Part shown: one piece after another, positions 8,613 to 18,294 of the stretch | Layout of the letters: every line of letters begins with the position of its first letter | Position numbering within the stretch: the stretch's first letter is position 1 | NCBI GenBank assembly: GCA_011884725.1 | Contig: GCA_011884725.1_3919.1 | DNA length: 64,000 nt | Origin: a phage | Direction: 5' to 3' (one strand) | The notes under the pieces: generated by a model | Told to the model about the DNA's origin: nothing | Databases searched by the model: none | What the model saw: the letters and a program-made list of their open reading frames with translations, nothing else | Translations under genes and position numbers: made by a program

Positions 8613-9077
8613 TTATCGTAAAACTTGATATTCTGGTACTGCGAATTTATTACTATTGTTCTTGATGAGGTCATCCTCTGAAACTAAAAATGTAATCCCA
8701 CATAAGTGTCTGTAACGACTATCATACTCGAATATCTTAAACAGATATTTACCATCATGATAAACCTGTTGCACTTCACCTTCTGCAACAGTCTCGCCTG
8801 TAATAAAATTTTTTAGTTTATACACATTACCAACTTTAGGTACTGTTTTCATCTCAGGCTCTTTTAGTGCTACACCTATTTTTGCATCACCGAGTAAATG
8901 AGAACTCTCAAAAGCTACGTGTTTCATATAAGCTTCTGAGCATTCCCAAATAAAACAATGTACAAGAACCTTAGCAGCATGTCTTGAGCAGTTCAACTTA
9001 TCACAAATTTCTGTGTACATCTCATCTTTAGTAGAATTGTCAAGCATTGCTCTTTGCACTACTTCTTTAATTTTCAT
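8613..9077 (-). CDS. hypothetical protein
   Basis: 154-aa ORF in a tight minus-strand operon. Confidence 0.65.
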   Translation of the reverse strand: MKIKEVVQRAMLDNSTKDEMYTEICDKLNCSRHAAKVLVHCFIWECSEAYMKHVAFESSHLLGDAKIGVALKEPEMKTVPKVGNVYKLKNFITGETVAEGEVQQVYHDGKYLFKIFEYDSRYRHLCGITFLVSEDDLIKNNSNKFAVPEYQVLR

Positions 9078-9495
9078 AAGCTCTCCGAATAACCCTATTA
9101 AGCATCTCTAAAGTCAGCTTTCCAGACTCTAAATGTGGCATAACAAGCTTTAAAGCTTTTTCAACATCATGCACAACATCTATTATACCTTCTTCATAGG
9201 CTTCTACAAGGATATCTTTTACGTTTTGTTGGTTATCTTTTTGTGGTATTGCTAGACGCATATCAAACTCATTTGCTTGAGGGTGGTCACTACCATGCCA
9301 GTAACCATCTTTGTTAAAGCTGATGTAGTCACCGTGGTAAAAGTGTACACCATTAGCTTTAAACTTCTCCAGCACAAGGCATTGAATTGGGTATTCAGTA
9401 TTCCACTCCCTGACTCCTATAACCTTCACTGTTGCGATGTACTCCTGTGTTTTTGCATCTACGATGTCAAGTTCTTGACCAGCTATGATTTGCAT
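9067..9495 (-). CDS. hypothetical protein
   Basis: 142-aa ORF, overlaps neighbour by a few codons. Confidence 0.65.
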   Translation of the reverse strand: MQIIAGQELDIVDAKTQEYIATVKVIGVREWNTEYPIQCLVLEKFKANGVHFYHGDYISFNKDGYWHGSDHPQANEFDMRLAIPQKDNQQNVKDILVEAYEEGIIDVVHDVEKALKLVMPHLESGKLTLEMLNRVIRRAYEN

Positions 9496-9549
9496 ATTCT
9501 CTACCTTCTAAGTTTCTACAAAGGGGCTATCAAGTAACCCCTCAAGTTA

Positions 9550-9774
9550 TTACTCAGACTTTTCAGTCTTCTTGTCGGATTTCTTACTAGTCTTCTTCTC
9601 AGCTTTCTGTTCAGGCTCCTTCTCAGAAGTTGCCTTAATAACCATATCAAGAAGCTCTGATAAGTCACTCTTCAGTAAAGTAACAGGCTGCTCATTGTAG
9701 AAGTTTTTGTCAAGATAGACTTTGAACTCTTCAATAGATGGAAATCCAAAAATTGGTACAGGTGTCTTAGTCAT
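9550..9774 (-). CDS. hypothetical protein, Lys/Glu-rich C-terminus
   Basis: 74-aa ORF. Confidence 0.55.
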   Translation of the reverse strand: MTKTPVPIFGFPSIEEFKVYLDKNFYNEQPVTLLKSDLSELLDMVIKATSEKEPEQKAEKKTSKKSDKKTEKSE

Positions 9775-9850
9775 TACTTAGTTTCTCCATAAGCATCTTT
9801 CAAGATTGCCTTGTTAATCATTTCAGCGATTGCAAAACGAACACATACAG

Positions 9851-10354
9851 CTATAATTGTAGGTTGCATTCTTTACTTACCTCTTCAAGTTTAACCTCAG
9901 AGTCCTTAAGTCGTTTCTTATGAACTCTGAATCTCATTAGTGAGATGATGATACCAACTAAAGGGACAGCATACAAGTACCAAACATCATATACCTTTGC
10001 AGTAATCTGTGTAATTGTCAAATCTTGAGCTATGCAGCTAATTGCTGATACTGCCAGTAGCATTGCTAAGAAGAACGCCAGTACCATAACAATACTTAGG
10101 CATCCTCTAGCATGGTGTTCATGCTTAATGCACTTATTCTTTTCGTCAACAACCCTGTTGTAGTCATTTGTAAAGTCTCTGTAGAAAGCTTTCAAGTATT
10201 CTTGAGTGTAGCCTTCAAAGCAACCTGTACCATACCAATAATCACCACCGAAATGTGCTATGATACCAGTATCTCCATTTGGTTTGGTTACTTTCAAAGA
10301 AGTATGATGGCGAGTGTCCTGATAATCTATCTTATATCTTTCTTCGTAAATCAT
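9851..10354 (-). CDS. hypothetical membrane protein
   Basis: 167 aa; hydrophobic segments LSIVMVLAFFLAMLLAVSAISCIA and YAVPLVGIIISLM. Confidence 0.6.
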   Translation of the reverse strand: MIYEERYKIDYQDTRHHTSLKVTKPNGDTGIIAHFGGDYWYGTGCFEGYTQEYLKAFYRDFTNDYNRVVDEKNKCIKHEHHARGCLSIVMVLAFFLAMLLAVSAISCIAQDLTITQITAKVYDVWYLYAVPLVGIIISLMRFRVHKKRLKDSEVKLEEVSKECNLQL

Positions 10355-10569
10355 TTTTCAATCCCTCTCAATCGTTTGTTCCACTCAAGGTCAACAAGTC
10401 TTTGCAGGACTTTCCCTCTAGGTGTTACACCTTTTAAATCTGCATTGTAACAATGGTAAAAATCACCTTCAGTATGTCTACCATAGCATTTTCTGATGTT
10501 CTGACTTCTACGATACTGCTCTAATAGGGACAGTTTGTAGTAATCTTCAACTGTAGTTAGTTTTTTCAT
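10351..10569 (-). CDS. hypothetical protein
   Basis: 72-aa ORF, start/stop overlap with neighbour. Confidence 0.55.
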   Translation of the reverse strand: MKKLTTVEDYYKLSLLEQYRRSQNIRKCYGRHTEGDFYHCYNADLKGVTPRGKVLQRLVDLEWNKRLRGIEK

Positions 10570-10652
10570 TCTTTCACCACGTATCTTCTCAAGAAACTAA
10601 AAAGGGAACTACCTCTCGATAGCTCCCATCATAGTTAATGTTGTATATTCGG

Positions 10653-11234
10653 TCAAGAGTATTTTTTAGGCAGTAATGCACTGCGCTTATTGCTCTCTTC
10701 ACTCAATAGTGCGATAAATTCATCACCTTTACCCTTCCACGGGCTGAATGTCGGAATGTGCTCTCTGATAGCATCAATCACTGTTTTAAGGGCGTTGTTC
10801 TTTAACCACCAATCAGATACCGCTGAAGCTACAATGTAGTAAGCACCGTCATCTGTGAAGATTGGCTCAGAGATACATGGCGAAATCATAGTGGTAATGA
10901 TAGAACCATTATTCATGTAGTATGTTCTTTTTTCAACCTTATCAAGAAGCTTATGAAGGTCTGCAAAGAGACTCACCACCTCTTTATGGTCAATATCTTT
11001 TTCAAGATTTGCTCTATATTTCAATAGTGCAGCATCGACCTCTTTGTCATTGAATTTGAAGTATTGAACTTCTTCATTCACACATACACTGATGTTGTTG
11101 GTGTTTATCGTCAATTTGCACAGTTTGACTGGAGAGTTAATGTTGGTCTGAAAAAGTGCTACACAGCCTTCTACATTCCCGAAATGTTTGACTAATGTAA
11201 CTTCTGGTTGGATGTGCTCATGTTCTTCTGACAT
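10653..11234 (-). CDS. hypothetical protein
   Basis: 193-aa ORF. Confidence 0.65.
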   Translation of the reverse strand: MSEEHEHIQPEVTLVKHFGNVEGCVALFQTNINSPVKLCKLTINTNNISVCVNEEVQYFKFNDKEVDAALLKYRANLEKDIDHKEVVSLFADLHKLLDKVEKRTYYMNNGSIITTMISPCISEPIFTDDGAYYIVASAVSDWWLKNNALKTVIDAIREHIPTFSPWKGKGDEFIALLSEESNKRSALLPKKYS

Positions 11235-11578
11235 TATAGTTTCCTCATTAAATACTTTTTAAGTTGTGTGTTAGGTTTCTCAAAAACTTCTATAGAAGAT
11301 ATTTTGACAGATTCACCACGCATACCAGTATGTTTGAATATATAGTACTCTAACATCCCTATGTACTTTGCTGGTAAGTCATGCTTGACATACACCGTTA
11401 CAGAATCTTCAAATTCAACGACCTTTGTACCATCTTTGTAGTTAAACTCTTTAGGATGGTCGTAGTTATCGATATCGTACATTAAAAAGAGTCTTTTACG
11501 TTGTAAGTCAAGCTTATTTGTTAAAGACTCTTTGATATCTGAGAAGTTTTTGTACACTGTGACATGGAGCTTACTCAT
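11234..11578 (-). CDS. hypothetical protein
   Basis: 114-aa ORF, coupled to neighbours. Confidence 0.6.
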   Translation of the reverse strand: MSKLHVTVYKNFSDIKESLTNKLDLQRKRLFLMYDIDNYDHPKEFNYKDGTKVVEFEDSVTVYVKHDLPAKYIGMLEYYIFKHTGMRGESVKISSIEVFEKPNTQLKKYLMRKL

Positions 11579-11864
11579 CGTTAAACTCTCTGACGAAGAA
11601 ATAGTTGACTTTGTTATTACCTACCATAAGGTCAAAGCAGGTATTTTCAAAAGGTTTGTTGTAGGCATCATATGAAACATATGGGTCAGCTACTTGCTTA
11701 GTGCTTAACTTCTTACTTGATGGGTTTAAGAGGCCACCATACAGCTTCTTGATAGCCTCTTCTACAACAGACCAGATAATTTCGTCAGTAATTTCTTCGT
11801 ACAGGTCAAGTTCACGCTCTAGTGAGAAGTCACAAATAGGGAAAATAACCTGTACTTTACTCAT
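11571..11864 (-). CDS. hypothetical protein
   Basis: 97-aa ORF. Confidence 0.6.
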   Translation of the reverse strand: MSKVQVIFPICDFSLERELDLYEEITDEIIWSVVEEAIKKLYGGLLNPSSKKLSTKQVADPYVSYDAYNKPFENTCFDLMVGNNKVNYFFVREFNDE

Positions 11865-12262
11865 TAACGAATCACCTGTGAGACTTGAATTGCTTCAGTT
11901 ACTGACAAGTCACCTACTTTCTCTTCTTTGATAAAGGTGAAGGTAAGTTCAACAGGCTCTCGCTCTTCTTGCTCAACTGGAACACCATTAAGCTCATCAA
12001 AGATTGATTGGGTTGTCCAATCTTCACCACCATCTGGGTAGTGGATTGCGTAAAGAGGGAACTCCCTGTCAAACCAACCAAATACAGGACAACCATCTTC
12101 ATCATCTCGTACTCGATGAAGTGTGCTTCCAGACCCTGTAAACTGAAGGAATAAATCTCCGTTGCACTTGTATATTACTGCATCGGCAAAACCTATATCT
12201 TCTCGACCATCATAGCCAAACGTGTCAACTTTTACTTGGATATCTCTAACATCTTTATTCAT
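11864..12262 (-). CDS. hypothetical protein
   Basis: 132-aa ORF. Confidence 0.6.
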   Translation of the reverse strand: MNKDVRDIQVKVDTFGYDGREDIGFADAVIYKCNGDLFLQFTGSGSTLHRVRDDEDGCPVFGWFDREFPLYAIHYPDGGEDWTTQSIFDELNGVPVEQEEREPVELTFTFIKEEKVGDLSVTEAIQVSQVIR

Positions 12263-12653
12263 AAAAACCTCTCTCTGCTTGTTCGATTTTTGCTCTTAAA
12301 GTTTCGCAATGATGTAGATGGTAGTTAGCTTCTTGTTCATGTGTTGCTAACTGCCTTTCAAGAACAGTTTTATAGTAACCTGCAAGTTGCTCTTTTGTCA
12401 ATGGGTGCTCTGAAATAATATCAAGTCCACTTTCACCAAGAGGATTGAATTGTCCATGCTCATTGACATTGTAAGTCTCAAACTTGAACATACCATTGTT
12501 CACAGACTCAATAGGTGACAGTTCAACAAGCTCTACAGTAAACCGTGTATACACCTTGTCGCCTCTTGAAACTACATTGTTTCCAATGATGCGTACAAGC
12601 GAACCATTACGAGTGTATTTAAAAGTCCCAAAATCACTAGCCCAAAGCTTCAT
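12255..12653 (-). CDS. hypothetical protein
   Basis: 132-aa ORF. Confidence 0.6.
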   Translation of the reverse strand: MKLWASDFGTFKYTRNGSLVRIIGNNVVSRGDKVYTRFTVELVELSPIESVNNGMFKFETYNVNEHGQFNPLGESGLDIISEHPLTKEQLAGYYKTVLERQLATHEQEANYHLHHCETLRAKIEQAERGFYE

Positions 12654-12661
12654 AGTTTTCT

Positions 12662-12693
12662 CCTTAGAAAATAAAAAAGGCTCCCGAAGGAGC
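12662..12693 (-). terminator. intrinsic terminator after endolysin gene
   Basis: Minus strand reads GGCTCCTTCGGGAGCC followed by TTTTTTATTTT. Confidence 0.6.
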
Positions 12694-12704
12694 CTATGAA
12701 GATA

Positions 12705-13169
12705 TTACTTTGGATATACACTGTCAAGATAAATGTCAGCTTCCATTCTACGTCTATTTTTCAAGCCGTTTGAAGTTACCTTCTTACCTTTGACTGTAAT
12801 CTTGTTCCACCACTGCATAGCTTCTGCACAACCTACCTTATTACCAGCATTGTGGCGCTTGATAAATGTAGAGTCCTGCATAGCTGTGATACCGATGTTA
12901 TATGTTTCACTTACAAGTGCATCGAACTCATTCTGAGAAGTTGGAGCCTTGATAGCTTTGTTCACTGCTGCAACAAACTTTTCAACATCTGCGAGAAGAT
13001 ACTGTTCAGCTTGTTCAGCCGTGATTTTCATACCCATCTTAACAGGTTTCCCGTCAATACGGATTGTACCATACCCGATTGTTGGGATTCCGGCAGAGTC
13101 TTCGTAAGCCTCTAACTCCAGACCTTCGAAGAACTTAATAGCGTCTAAACCTTTTCTTGAGAGTTGCAT
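12705..13169 (-). CDS. endolysin, T4-lysozyme-like (GH24) muramidase
   Basis: FFEGLELEAYEDSAGIPTIGYG matches the T4 lysozyme catalytic region [22 protein letters not shown] (Glu-Asp-Thr spacing). Confidence 0.85.
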   Translation of the reverse strand: MQLSRKGLDAIKFFEGLELEAYEDSAGIPTIGYGTIRIDGKPVKMGMKITAEQAEQYLLADVEKFVAAVNKAIKAPTSQNEFDALVSETYNIGITAMQDSTFIKRHNAGNKVGCAEAMQWWNKITVKGKKVTSNGLKNRRRMEADIYLDSVYPK

Positions 13170-14302
13170 TACGCCTCCCCTGCTGGGTTAACTGTAACTG
13201 TTGCTGCATTGGATGTTACAGAGCCACCTGCACCAGTAACTACACAGGTGTAGCTTCCTGCATCAGCAGCGGTTGCACCTTCTTTGGTGTAAGTTGCAGT
13301 AGTTGCATCGAGGATGTCTTCCTCACCTTTCTTCCATTGGTAACCTGTCGCACCTGTTGCCACAACATTCAGCGTTAAGGTCTCACCTTCAGTGATTTCT
13401 TGATTGGTTGGCTGTTGAGTGATAACTGGTAAAGCTTTCACAGTAACGGTTGCAGGGTTAGAAGTGACAGAACCACCTGCACCTGTTACAACGCAAGTGT
13501 ATGAACCTGCATCTGCTGGCAGAGCACCAGACTTACTATAGGTTGCATCTGTAGCCGAAGGAATGTCAGAGCTATCTTTCTCCCACTGATAACCTGTTGC
13601 ACCTGTTGCAGTCACTTCCAAGTTGATGTTTCCACCCTCATTGACGGTCTGGCTAGAAGGTTGTTGTGTAATCACAGGCAGTGCGTTGACAGTAACTGTT
13701 GCCGCATCTGAGGTAACGCTTGTCCCAGCCTCTCCAGATACAACACAAGTGTATGAACCAGCATCAGAAGGTTCTACAGACTGTTTTGTGTAGGTTGCAG
13801 ATGTGGCGCTAGTGATATCCTCACCATCCTTTTTCCATTGATATCCAGTGGCATTAGTTGCAATAACACTTAGGGTAAGTGTACCACCTTCATTTACTGT
13901 TTGATTGGTTGGTTGCTGAGTGATTGATGGTGGCTTGATAGCGTCCTTCAACTTAGCATTCAACATTGAGAATGGTTTAACTCTTGCCAGCCATTCACAA
14001 TAAACTGTATCAACGTCTTTACCATTGATAATTGCATATTGTAAGTCCATGAAGAAGTCAGAAGTTCTCATTTGAGCACCAACACTGTAAAGCAACTCAT
14101 CACTAAATGGAACTTTGTAGTCTGGTTTATAGTCAAACTTCTCAACTTCTGCAATATCAGCTTCAGGCCAATACGAGCTATAGGTAAGTGGTAAAATAGC
14201 CTCTTGATATGTTCTAAAATCATATCTCTTACCAGCCTTTACGTTTGCAATGAAGCCCTTCACAAACTCTTTGAAGTCTGGGTAAGTCTTTGCTTTAATC
14301 AT
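13169..14302 (-). CDS. protein with three tandem Ig-like repeats
   Basis: 377 aa; N-domain of about 130 aa, then three repeats of about 85 aa (PVITQQPTNQTVNEGG..ATGYQWKK..AGSYTCVV.G..VTS..ATVTV). Confidence 0.7.
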   Translation of the reverse strand: MIKAKTYPDFKEFVKGFIANVKAGKRYDFRTYQEAILPLTYSSYWPEADIAEVEKFDYKPDYKVPFSDELLYSVGAQMRTSDFFMDLQYAIINGKDVDTVYCEWLARVKPFSMLNAKLKDAIKPPSITQQPTNQTVNEGGTLTLSVIATNATGYQWKKDGEDITSATSATYTKQSVEPSDAGSYTCVVSGEAGTSVTSDAATVTVNALPVITQQPSSQTVNEGGNINLEVTATGATGYQWEKDSSDIPSATDATYSKSGALPADAGSYTCVVTGAGGSVTSNPATVTVKALPVITQQPTNQEITEGETLTLNVVATGATGYQWKKGEEDILDATTATYTKEGATAADAGSYTCVVTGAGGSVTSNAATVTVNPAGEA

Positions 14303-14670
14303 TTCTTTTCAGCCTCTAAATGTGCGTTTAGTCTAAAATAACCTTTGTGATTCGGAGATACATCACCAACGACAATACCTTTAACCTTATAGCCTTTACC
14401 AATTACATACTGGATATCCATAAGGAATCTTCCAAGACCAACAATATGGAACATTGGGTATAATAGATTCTCAGAGTCTGGAATATTGATTTCAGGTTTG
14501 TAGGTACGCTGTTCGCTTGTTGGTGTAATATCTTCTTCAGGCCATTTACTGAGTCTCCATGTCAAAGGTGTTGGGATAACATCATTAAGGTTGTACCTTT
14601 CACCATTTTGCACGGAATTGATATAGGATTGTAGGAAGCAATAAAAGTCTTTTGCACTCTTAGCTTTCAT
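14299..14670 (-). CDS. paralog of the N-domain of the Ig-repeat protein
   Basis: 123 aa; shares RY, WPE(E/A)DI, YKP, LLY, F(L/F)MD(I/L)QY(V/A)I with residues 1-110 of 13169-14302. Confidence 0.65.
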   Translation of the reverse strand: MKAKSAKDFYCFLQSYINSVQNGERYNLNDVIPTPLTWRLSKWPEEDITPTSEQRTYKPEINIPDSENLLYPMFHIVGLGRFLMDIQYVIGKGYKVKGIVVGDVSPNHKGYFRLNAHLEAEKK

Positions 14671-14717
14671 TAAATATCCTTATAAATAGTTAAAGGGGCA
14701 TAAGCCCCTATTCACAC

Positions 14718-15308
14718 TTAAGCTTTGGTCTTAAGTAGGTTCTTAAGTTTTTTAAGATTCATACTCTCATCAAACTTAAAACCAAATCCATTGACATAAT
14801 CAATGAACTCGGATTTCTTACTGAGTGACAATGCGTAACTCATATCAAAGTTCTTGCTTGTTTCTGCGTCTGGACTAGAGTTCACATCAAATGAAATTTC
14901 CGTAGGCTCTTGCTTACTTTTTCTCATATTATCAACCAACAAACATGTATAGTTTGCTGGATAGAAATTTACACTACCATCAACGTAGCTATACTTATTA
15001 TTATGGACAAGGTTGGAAAATACCTTAAGGAATGTTTCTGAGTCGTGGCAAACAAGTTTGAATTGGCTGCTCTCTCCAAGCGCAACTAATGAATACGGAC
15101 TTTCACTATCGAAGTGATAATTTGGATTCGATGCCGTTACTGTTACACGCATCAAGTTATTAGCAATAGTCTTCTGTTTAAAAGAATTTTGAACATAGTG
15201 AAGACCTCTATCACACTGATTGACTAGCTCTTTAAGTAGGTCATTTGCATAAGGTGAGTTAATTGATACAGAGCCATCACTATTGTAATTAAAACTTACT
15301 GTTAACAT
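14718..15308 (-). CDS. hypothetical protein
   Basis: 196-aa ORF. Confidence 0.65.
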   Translation of the reverse strand: MLTVSFNYNSDGSVSINSPYANDLLKELVNQCDRGLHYVQNSFKQKTIANNLMRVTVTASNPNYHFDSESPYSLVALGESSQFKLVCHDSETFLKVFSNLVHNNKYSYVDGSVNFYPANYTCLLVDNMRKSKQEPTEISFDVNSSPDAETSKNFDMSYALSLSKKSEFIDYVNGFGFKFDESMNLKKLKNLLKTKA

Positions 15309-15535
15309 TTTTCAGTTCTCCTGCGATTTATAATTTTGCTGCAATAGAGAAACGAAGTAAACTCACTGGAAGAAACCATTAAGTGTTGTTCACTAGATTG
15401 AGCCATTGCCCTGAAATACATTCCAGTCAAAGCATCATAGTGACTATTCTTTCCAATTGAGGTTATATAGCCATGACTCTTTGCAGTTTGATATAAATCT
15501 ATAATATCTGCGATTTCTAATTGGGAACTACACAT
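15302..15535 (-). CDS. hypothetical protein
   Basis: 77-aa ORF. Confidence 0.5.
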   Translation of the reverse strand: MCSSQLEIADIIDLYQTAKSHGYITSIGKNSHYDALTGMYFRAMAQSSEQHLMVSSSEFTSFLYCSKIINRRRTEKC

Positions 15536-15678
15536 AGATAATCCTCTTGTCTTCTGTAATTTTGAAAGAACAGGTACAGACCAATTTCAGAGGATGAATA
15601 GTAGATTAACTCTACCCTTTTTGATTCCTTACAGTGATTGGTATTCTTACCTTTCTTCGGTTTATTTGATTTTCTCAT
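15517..15678 (-). CDS. hypothetical small basic protein
   Basis: ATG at 15678 preceded by AAGGAGA; the listed 15699 start lacks an RBS. Confidence 0.35.
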   Translation of the reverse strand: MRKSNKPKKGKNTNHCKESKRVELIYYSSSEIGLYLFFQNYRRQEDYLCVVPN

Positions 15679-15772
15679 TAAGTCTCCTTTGTAGAACAAG
15701 GCAGACCTACAGCTTTAACTAAGATGGTACAGTAATCCATACAACAAGTCAAGAACTATTGCAAGTTAAAAA

Positions 15773-15797
15773 AGTTGTTGACAAAGTACTTGACAAG
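15773..15797. promoter_or_regulatory. conserved dual-TTGACA motif in divergent promoter region
   Basis: GTTGACAAAGTACTTGACAAGGTG; a 23/24-identical copy lies at 56832-56856 in the other divergent intergenic region. Confidence 0.55.
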
Positions 15798-15927
15798 GTG
15801 TAGGCTTATAAATACTTAGAAGATAACTTAAAAGGTTCCTCTAAAAAGGCTATTTAAACAGATATCTTTCTGGATATCTATCTTTTATCTTAAAAGCCTT
15901 TTAAGAGGTCTTATAAGAGGCATACCA

Positions 15928-16299
15928 ATGAAAAACAGAACAAACAAAGGCCAGTTTAAAAAAGGCCAGTCTGGAAACCCATCTGGAAGACCGAAAGGCT
16001 CACGTAACAAAAGTTCACTCGTAAAAGCTCAACTGACCATTGATAATTCTGCTGAGTTTGCTGCAAAGTTGTTTGAAGCGATTGTTACAAGGGACGCTGC
16101 TAAGCTTGCAGAGTTCGGGTTAAACACAGACGATGTAACCATCAAGAGCATGATTGAAGTCGGTAAAACCATCATGACTCACTCAGCAGGTGAGATGAAA
16201 GCAATTGCAGCAGACACTAAGAAGACCCCTGATAACGGTGGTCAGTCTCAGACAGATAACAAACCAACGTTCTCTGCTGTTGCAACCCTCAAAAAATAA
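15928..16299 (+). CDS. hypothetical protein with basic Gly/Pro-rich N-terminus
   Basis: 123 aa; KGQSGNPSGRPKGSRNK motif, possibly nucleic-acid binding; family not identified. Confidence 0.6.
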   Translation: MKNRTNKGQFKKGQSGNPSGRPKGSRNKSSLVKAQLTIDNSAEFAAKLFEAIVTRDAAKLAEFGLNTDDVTIKSMIEVGKTIMTHSAGEMKAIAADTKKTPDNGGQSQTDNKPTFSAVATLKK

Positions 16300-16311
16300 T
16301 TTTAAAAGGTG

Positions 16312-16341
16312 TTGACAGACTCTACAAAGTTGCTCTAAAGT
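16312..16341 (+). promoter_or_regulatory. possible promoter
   Basis: TTGACA (16312-16317) with TAAAGT-like -10. Confidence 0.35.
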
Positions 16342-16380
16342 CTGTCACATCAAACAACAAATGAGAGAAGAGAGTAAAAT

Positions 16381-17796
16381 ATGAGCGAATTATTTAAACA
16401 TGCGCACCTTCATGCAGGTCGAACTGAAAATGGTGCTGTAAACCATACTTCATCAATGTCTGCTCTTGTAGACTTTTACAAAGCTGCTGGTTCAAGCCGT
16501 AGCAATGTAGAAATCTTACCAGACCTGTTCTACAAAGCTTTGCGTGAGGATGTTGATGTTGCAGTTCGTATTTTACTGCATATGCGAGATGTACGAGAAG
16601 GTATGGGTGAGCGTAAAGCCTTCAGAACTGTTTTACTTCAAGCGATTGAAGACAAAGTTTTAGAGCCTACGCAGGTTCTTCGCATTATGGATAAGATTGC
16701 AGAACTTGGTCGTTTTGATGACTTCAAAATCTTTGTAGGTACTCGTTTCGAGACAGATGCCTTCAAGCATTTAGAAGCAGCATTACTAGACCCTGCAACA
16801 GCAGGTTTGGCAGCTAAGTGGTTACCACGAGTCAAACCACGTCATAAGCAGTTTGTAAAACGTTTCTGCAAGTTTGCCAACTTGAGCGAGAAAGAGTACC
16901 GCACACTGTTGTCTGCACTATCTGATACAGTTGAGCAAAAAATCTCTGCTAATGAGTTTGGTAAGATTGACTACAGTAAGATTCCTTCACTTGCTGCTGC
17001 ACGCTACCAAAAACTGTTTAACCGTAAAGATGGAGAGCGATACAAAGCTTACATCGAGTCCTTATCAAAGGGTGAGGCTAAGATTAATGCTGGTGCTGTT
17101 TACCCATACGATGTGATTAAATCTGTCAAGCATGGTAATGCAGATGTTGCTAATGAGCAGTGGAAAGCACTACCAAACTGGATGGCAGAAGGTGAAAACA
17201 TCTTGTGTATGTCTGATGTATCAAGTTCAATGTCTTGGGTGAATTTTGGCTCCATTACTGCTCTGGATATTGGTGTATCACTTGCCTTGTATGTAGCAGA
17301 ACGCAATACAGGCTGCTTTAAGAATGAGTTGATGGTTTATTCAACAAACCCTCACTTCATCGAACTGAGTGGTGATTTACGAAACCGTCATCGTCAGGTG
17401 ATGCGACACGTTGAATATGGCTCAACTAACTTACAAGCAGCTTTTGACCGCATTCTTGAAACAGGTAAAAGAAACAACTTGACTCAGAAAGATATGCCAA
17501 GTAAGCTTATCATCTTCTCCGATATGGAGTTCAATCAGGTTGATGGAGCTAACGGTCGTACAAACTTTGAAGCAATTCAGAGTAAGTACAAAAAAGCTGG
17601 ATATGAGATGCCACAACTGGTATTCTGGTACTTAGCAAACCGTAATGGTACTTGCGAAGTGTCTGTTAAGGATAACGGTGTAGCAATGGTATCTGGTTTC
17701 TCTCCAGCCACTTTAAAAGCTCTGCTTGGTGGTGAGAAGTTTGACCCAATCAGCGTAATGCTCAAAGCAGTAATGATTGACCGTTATATCTGGTAA
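16381..17796 (+). CDS. vWA-domain protein with helical N-domain (possible TROVE/Ro60-like architecture)
   Basis: 471 aa; C-terminal vWA with MIDAS-like DVSSSMS (DxSxS) and downstream T and D positions (IIFSDMEF); helical N-domain of about 270 aa; sits directly upstream of the tRNA array. Confidence 0.7.
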   Translation: MSELFKHAHLHAGRTENGAVNHTSSMSALVDFYKAAGSSRSNVEILPDLFYKALREDVDVAVRILLHMRDVREGMGERKAFRTVLLQAIEDKVLEPTQVLRIMDKIAELGRFDDFKIFVGTRFETDAFKHLEAALLDPATAGLAAKWLPRVKPRHKQFVKRFCKFANLSEKEYRTLLSALSDTVEQKISANEFGKIDYSKIPSLAAARYQKLFNRKDGERYKAYIESLSKGEAKINAGAVYPYDVIKSVKHGNADVANEQWKALPNWMAEGENILCMSDVSSSMSWVNFGSITALDIGVSLALYVAERNTGCFKNELMVYSTNPHFIELSGDLRNRHRQVMRHVEYGSTNLQAAFDRILETGKRNNLTQKDMPSKLIIFSDMEFNQVDGANGRTNFEAIQSKYKKAGYEMPQLVFWYLANRNGTCEVSVKDNGVAMVSGFSPATLKALLGGEKFDPISVMLKAVMIDRYIW

Positions 17797-17814
17797 AAAG
17801 TTTTAAAAAGGGTA

Positions 17815-17843
17815 TTGACAATGTGTTTAATACCCTTTAATAT
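17815..17843 (+). promoter_or_regulatory. promoter of tRNA array
   Basis: TTGACA (17815-17820), 17-nt spacer, TAATAT (17838-17843); a second TTGACA lies at 17906. Confidence 0.6.
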
Positions 17844-17961
17844 GTTCTACATAGAAACGAAATGAGAGCTTTTCTAAGATACTGAAAAATATTTTAAAAA
17901 AGTTCTTGACAACCACTAAAAAATAATGTTAAAGTGGTTACATAGAGTTTGAAAAGTTTAT

Positions 17962-18038
17962 CTCTGTTTAGCTCAGCTTGGTAGAGCGTTCCGTTTGGGG
18001 CGGTAAGGCCGGAGGTTCAAGTCCTCCAACAGAGACCA
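17962..18038 (+). tRNA. tRNA-Pro (anticodon TGG)
   Basis: 7-bp acceptor CTCTGTT/AACAGAG, T-arm GGAGGTTCAAGTCCTCC, anticodon loop TTTGGGG, encoded CCA. Confidence 0.75.
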
Positions 18039-18045
18039 AATTAAT

Positions 18046-18123
18046 GTTCCAGTAGACAAAATGGTAAAGTCACCACTCTTTCAAAGTGGATATCTGAGGG
18101 TTCAAATCCCTTCTGGAACGCCA
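18046..18123 (+). tRNA. tRNA-Glu (anticodon TTC)
   Basis: Acceptor GTTCCAG/CTGGAAC, anticodon stem CCACT/AGTGG, loop CTTTCAA, T-loop TTCAAAT, CCA. Confidence 0.75.
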
Positions 18124-18126
18124 GTT

Positions 18127-18205
18127 TTGACAGAAGACCAATTACAGCAAACTTAATCTTATTCATCTGAAGGTAAATCGGACAAAGAAGAGATTTGGTC
18201 TGGTC
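18127..18205 (+). ncRNA. inter-tRNA structured element E1
   Basis: CAGAAGACC-box, helix AGACCAA (18135-18141) / TTGGTCT (18195-18201), TTACAGCAAA box inside. Confidence 0.5.
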
Positions 18206-18214
18206 ATTAAGAAT

Positions 18215-18291
18215 TGCGGGTATAGAGAAAGGGCGTCTCACATGTCTCATTAGCATGGTATCGGCAGGTTCGACTCCTGCACCCGCCTCCA
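18215..18291 (+). tRNA. tRNA-Met-like (anticodon CAT) with 1:72 mismatch
   Basis: Anticodon stem CATGT/GCATG, loop CTCATTA, T-arm GCAGGTTCGACTCCTGC, 3' ACCCGCC-T-CCA; 5' end TGCGGGT leaves position 1 unpaired. Confidence 0.6.
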
Positions 18292-18294
18292 AAT

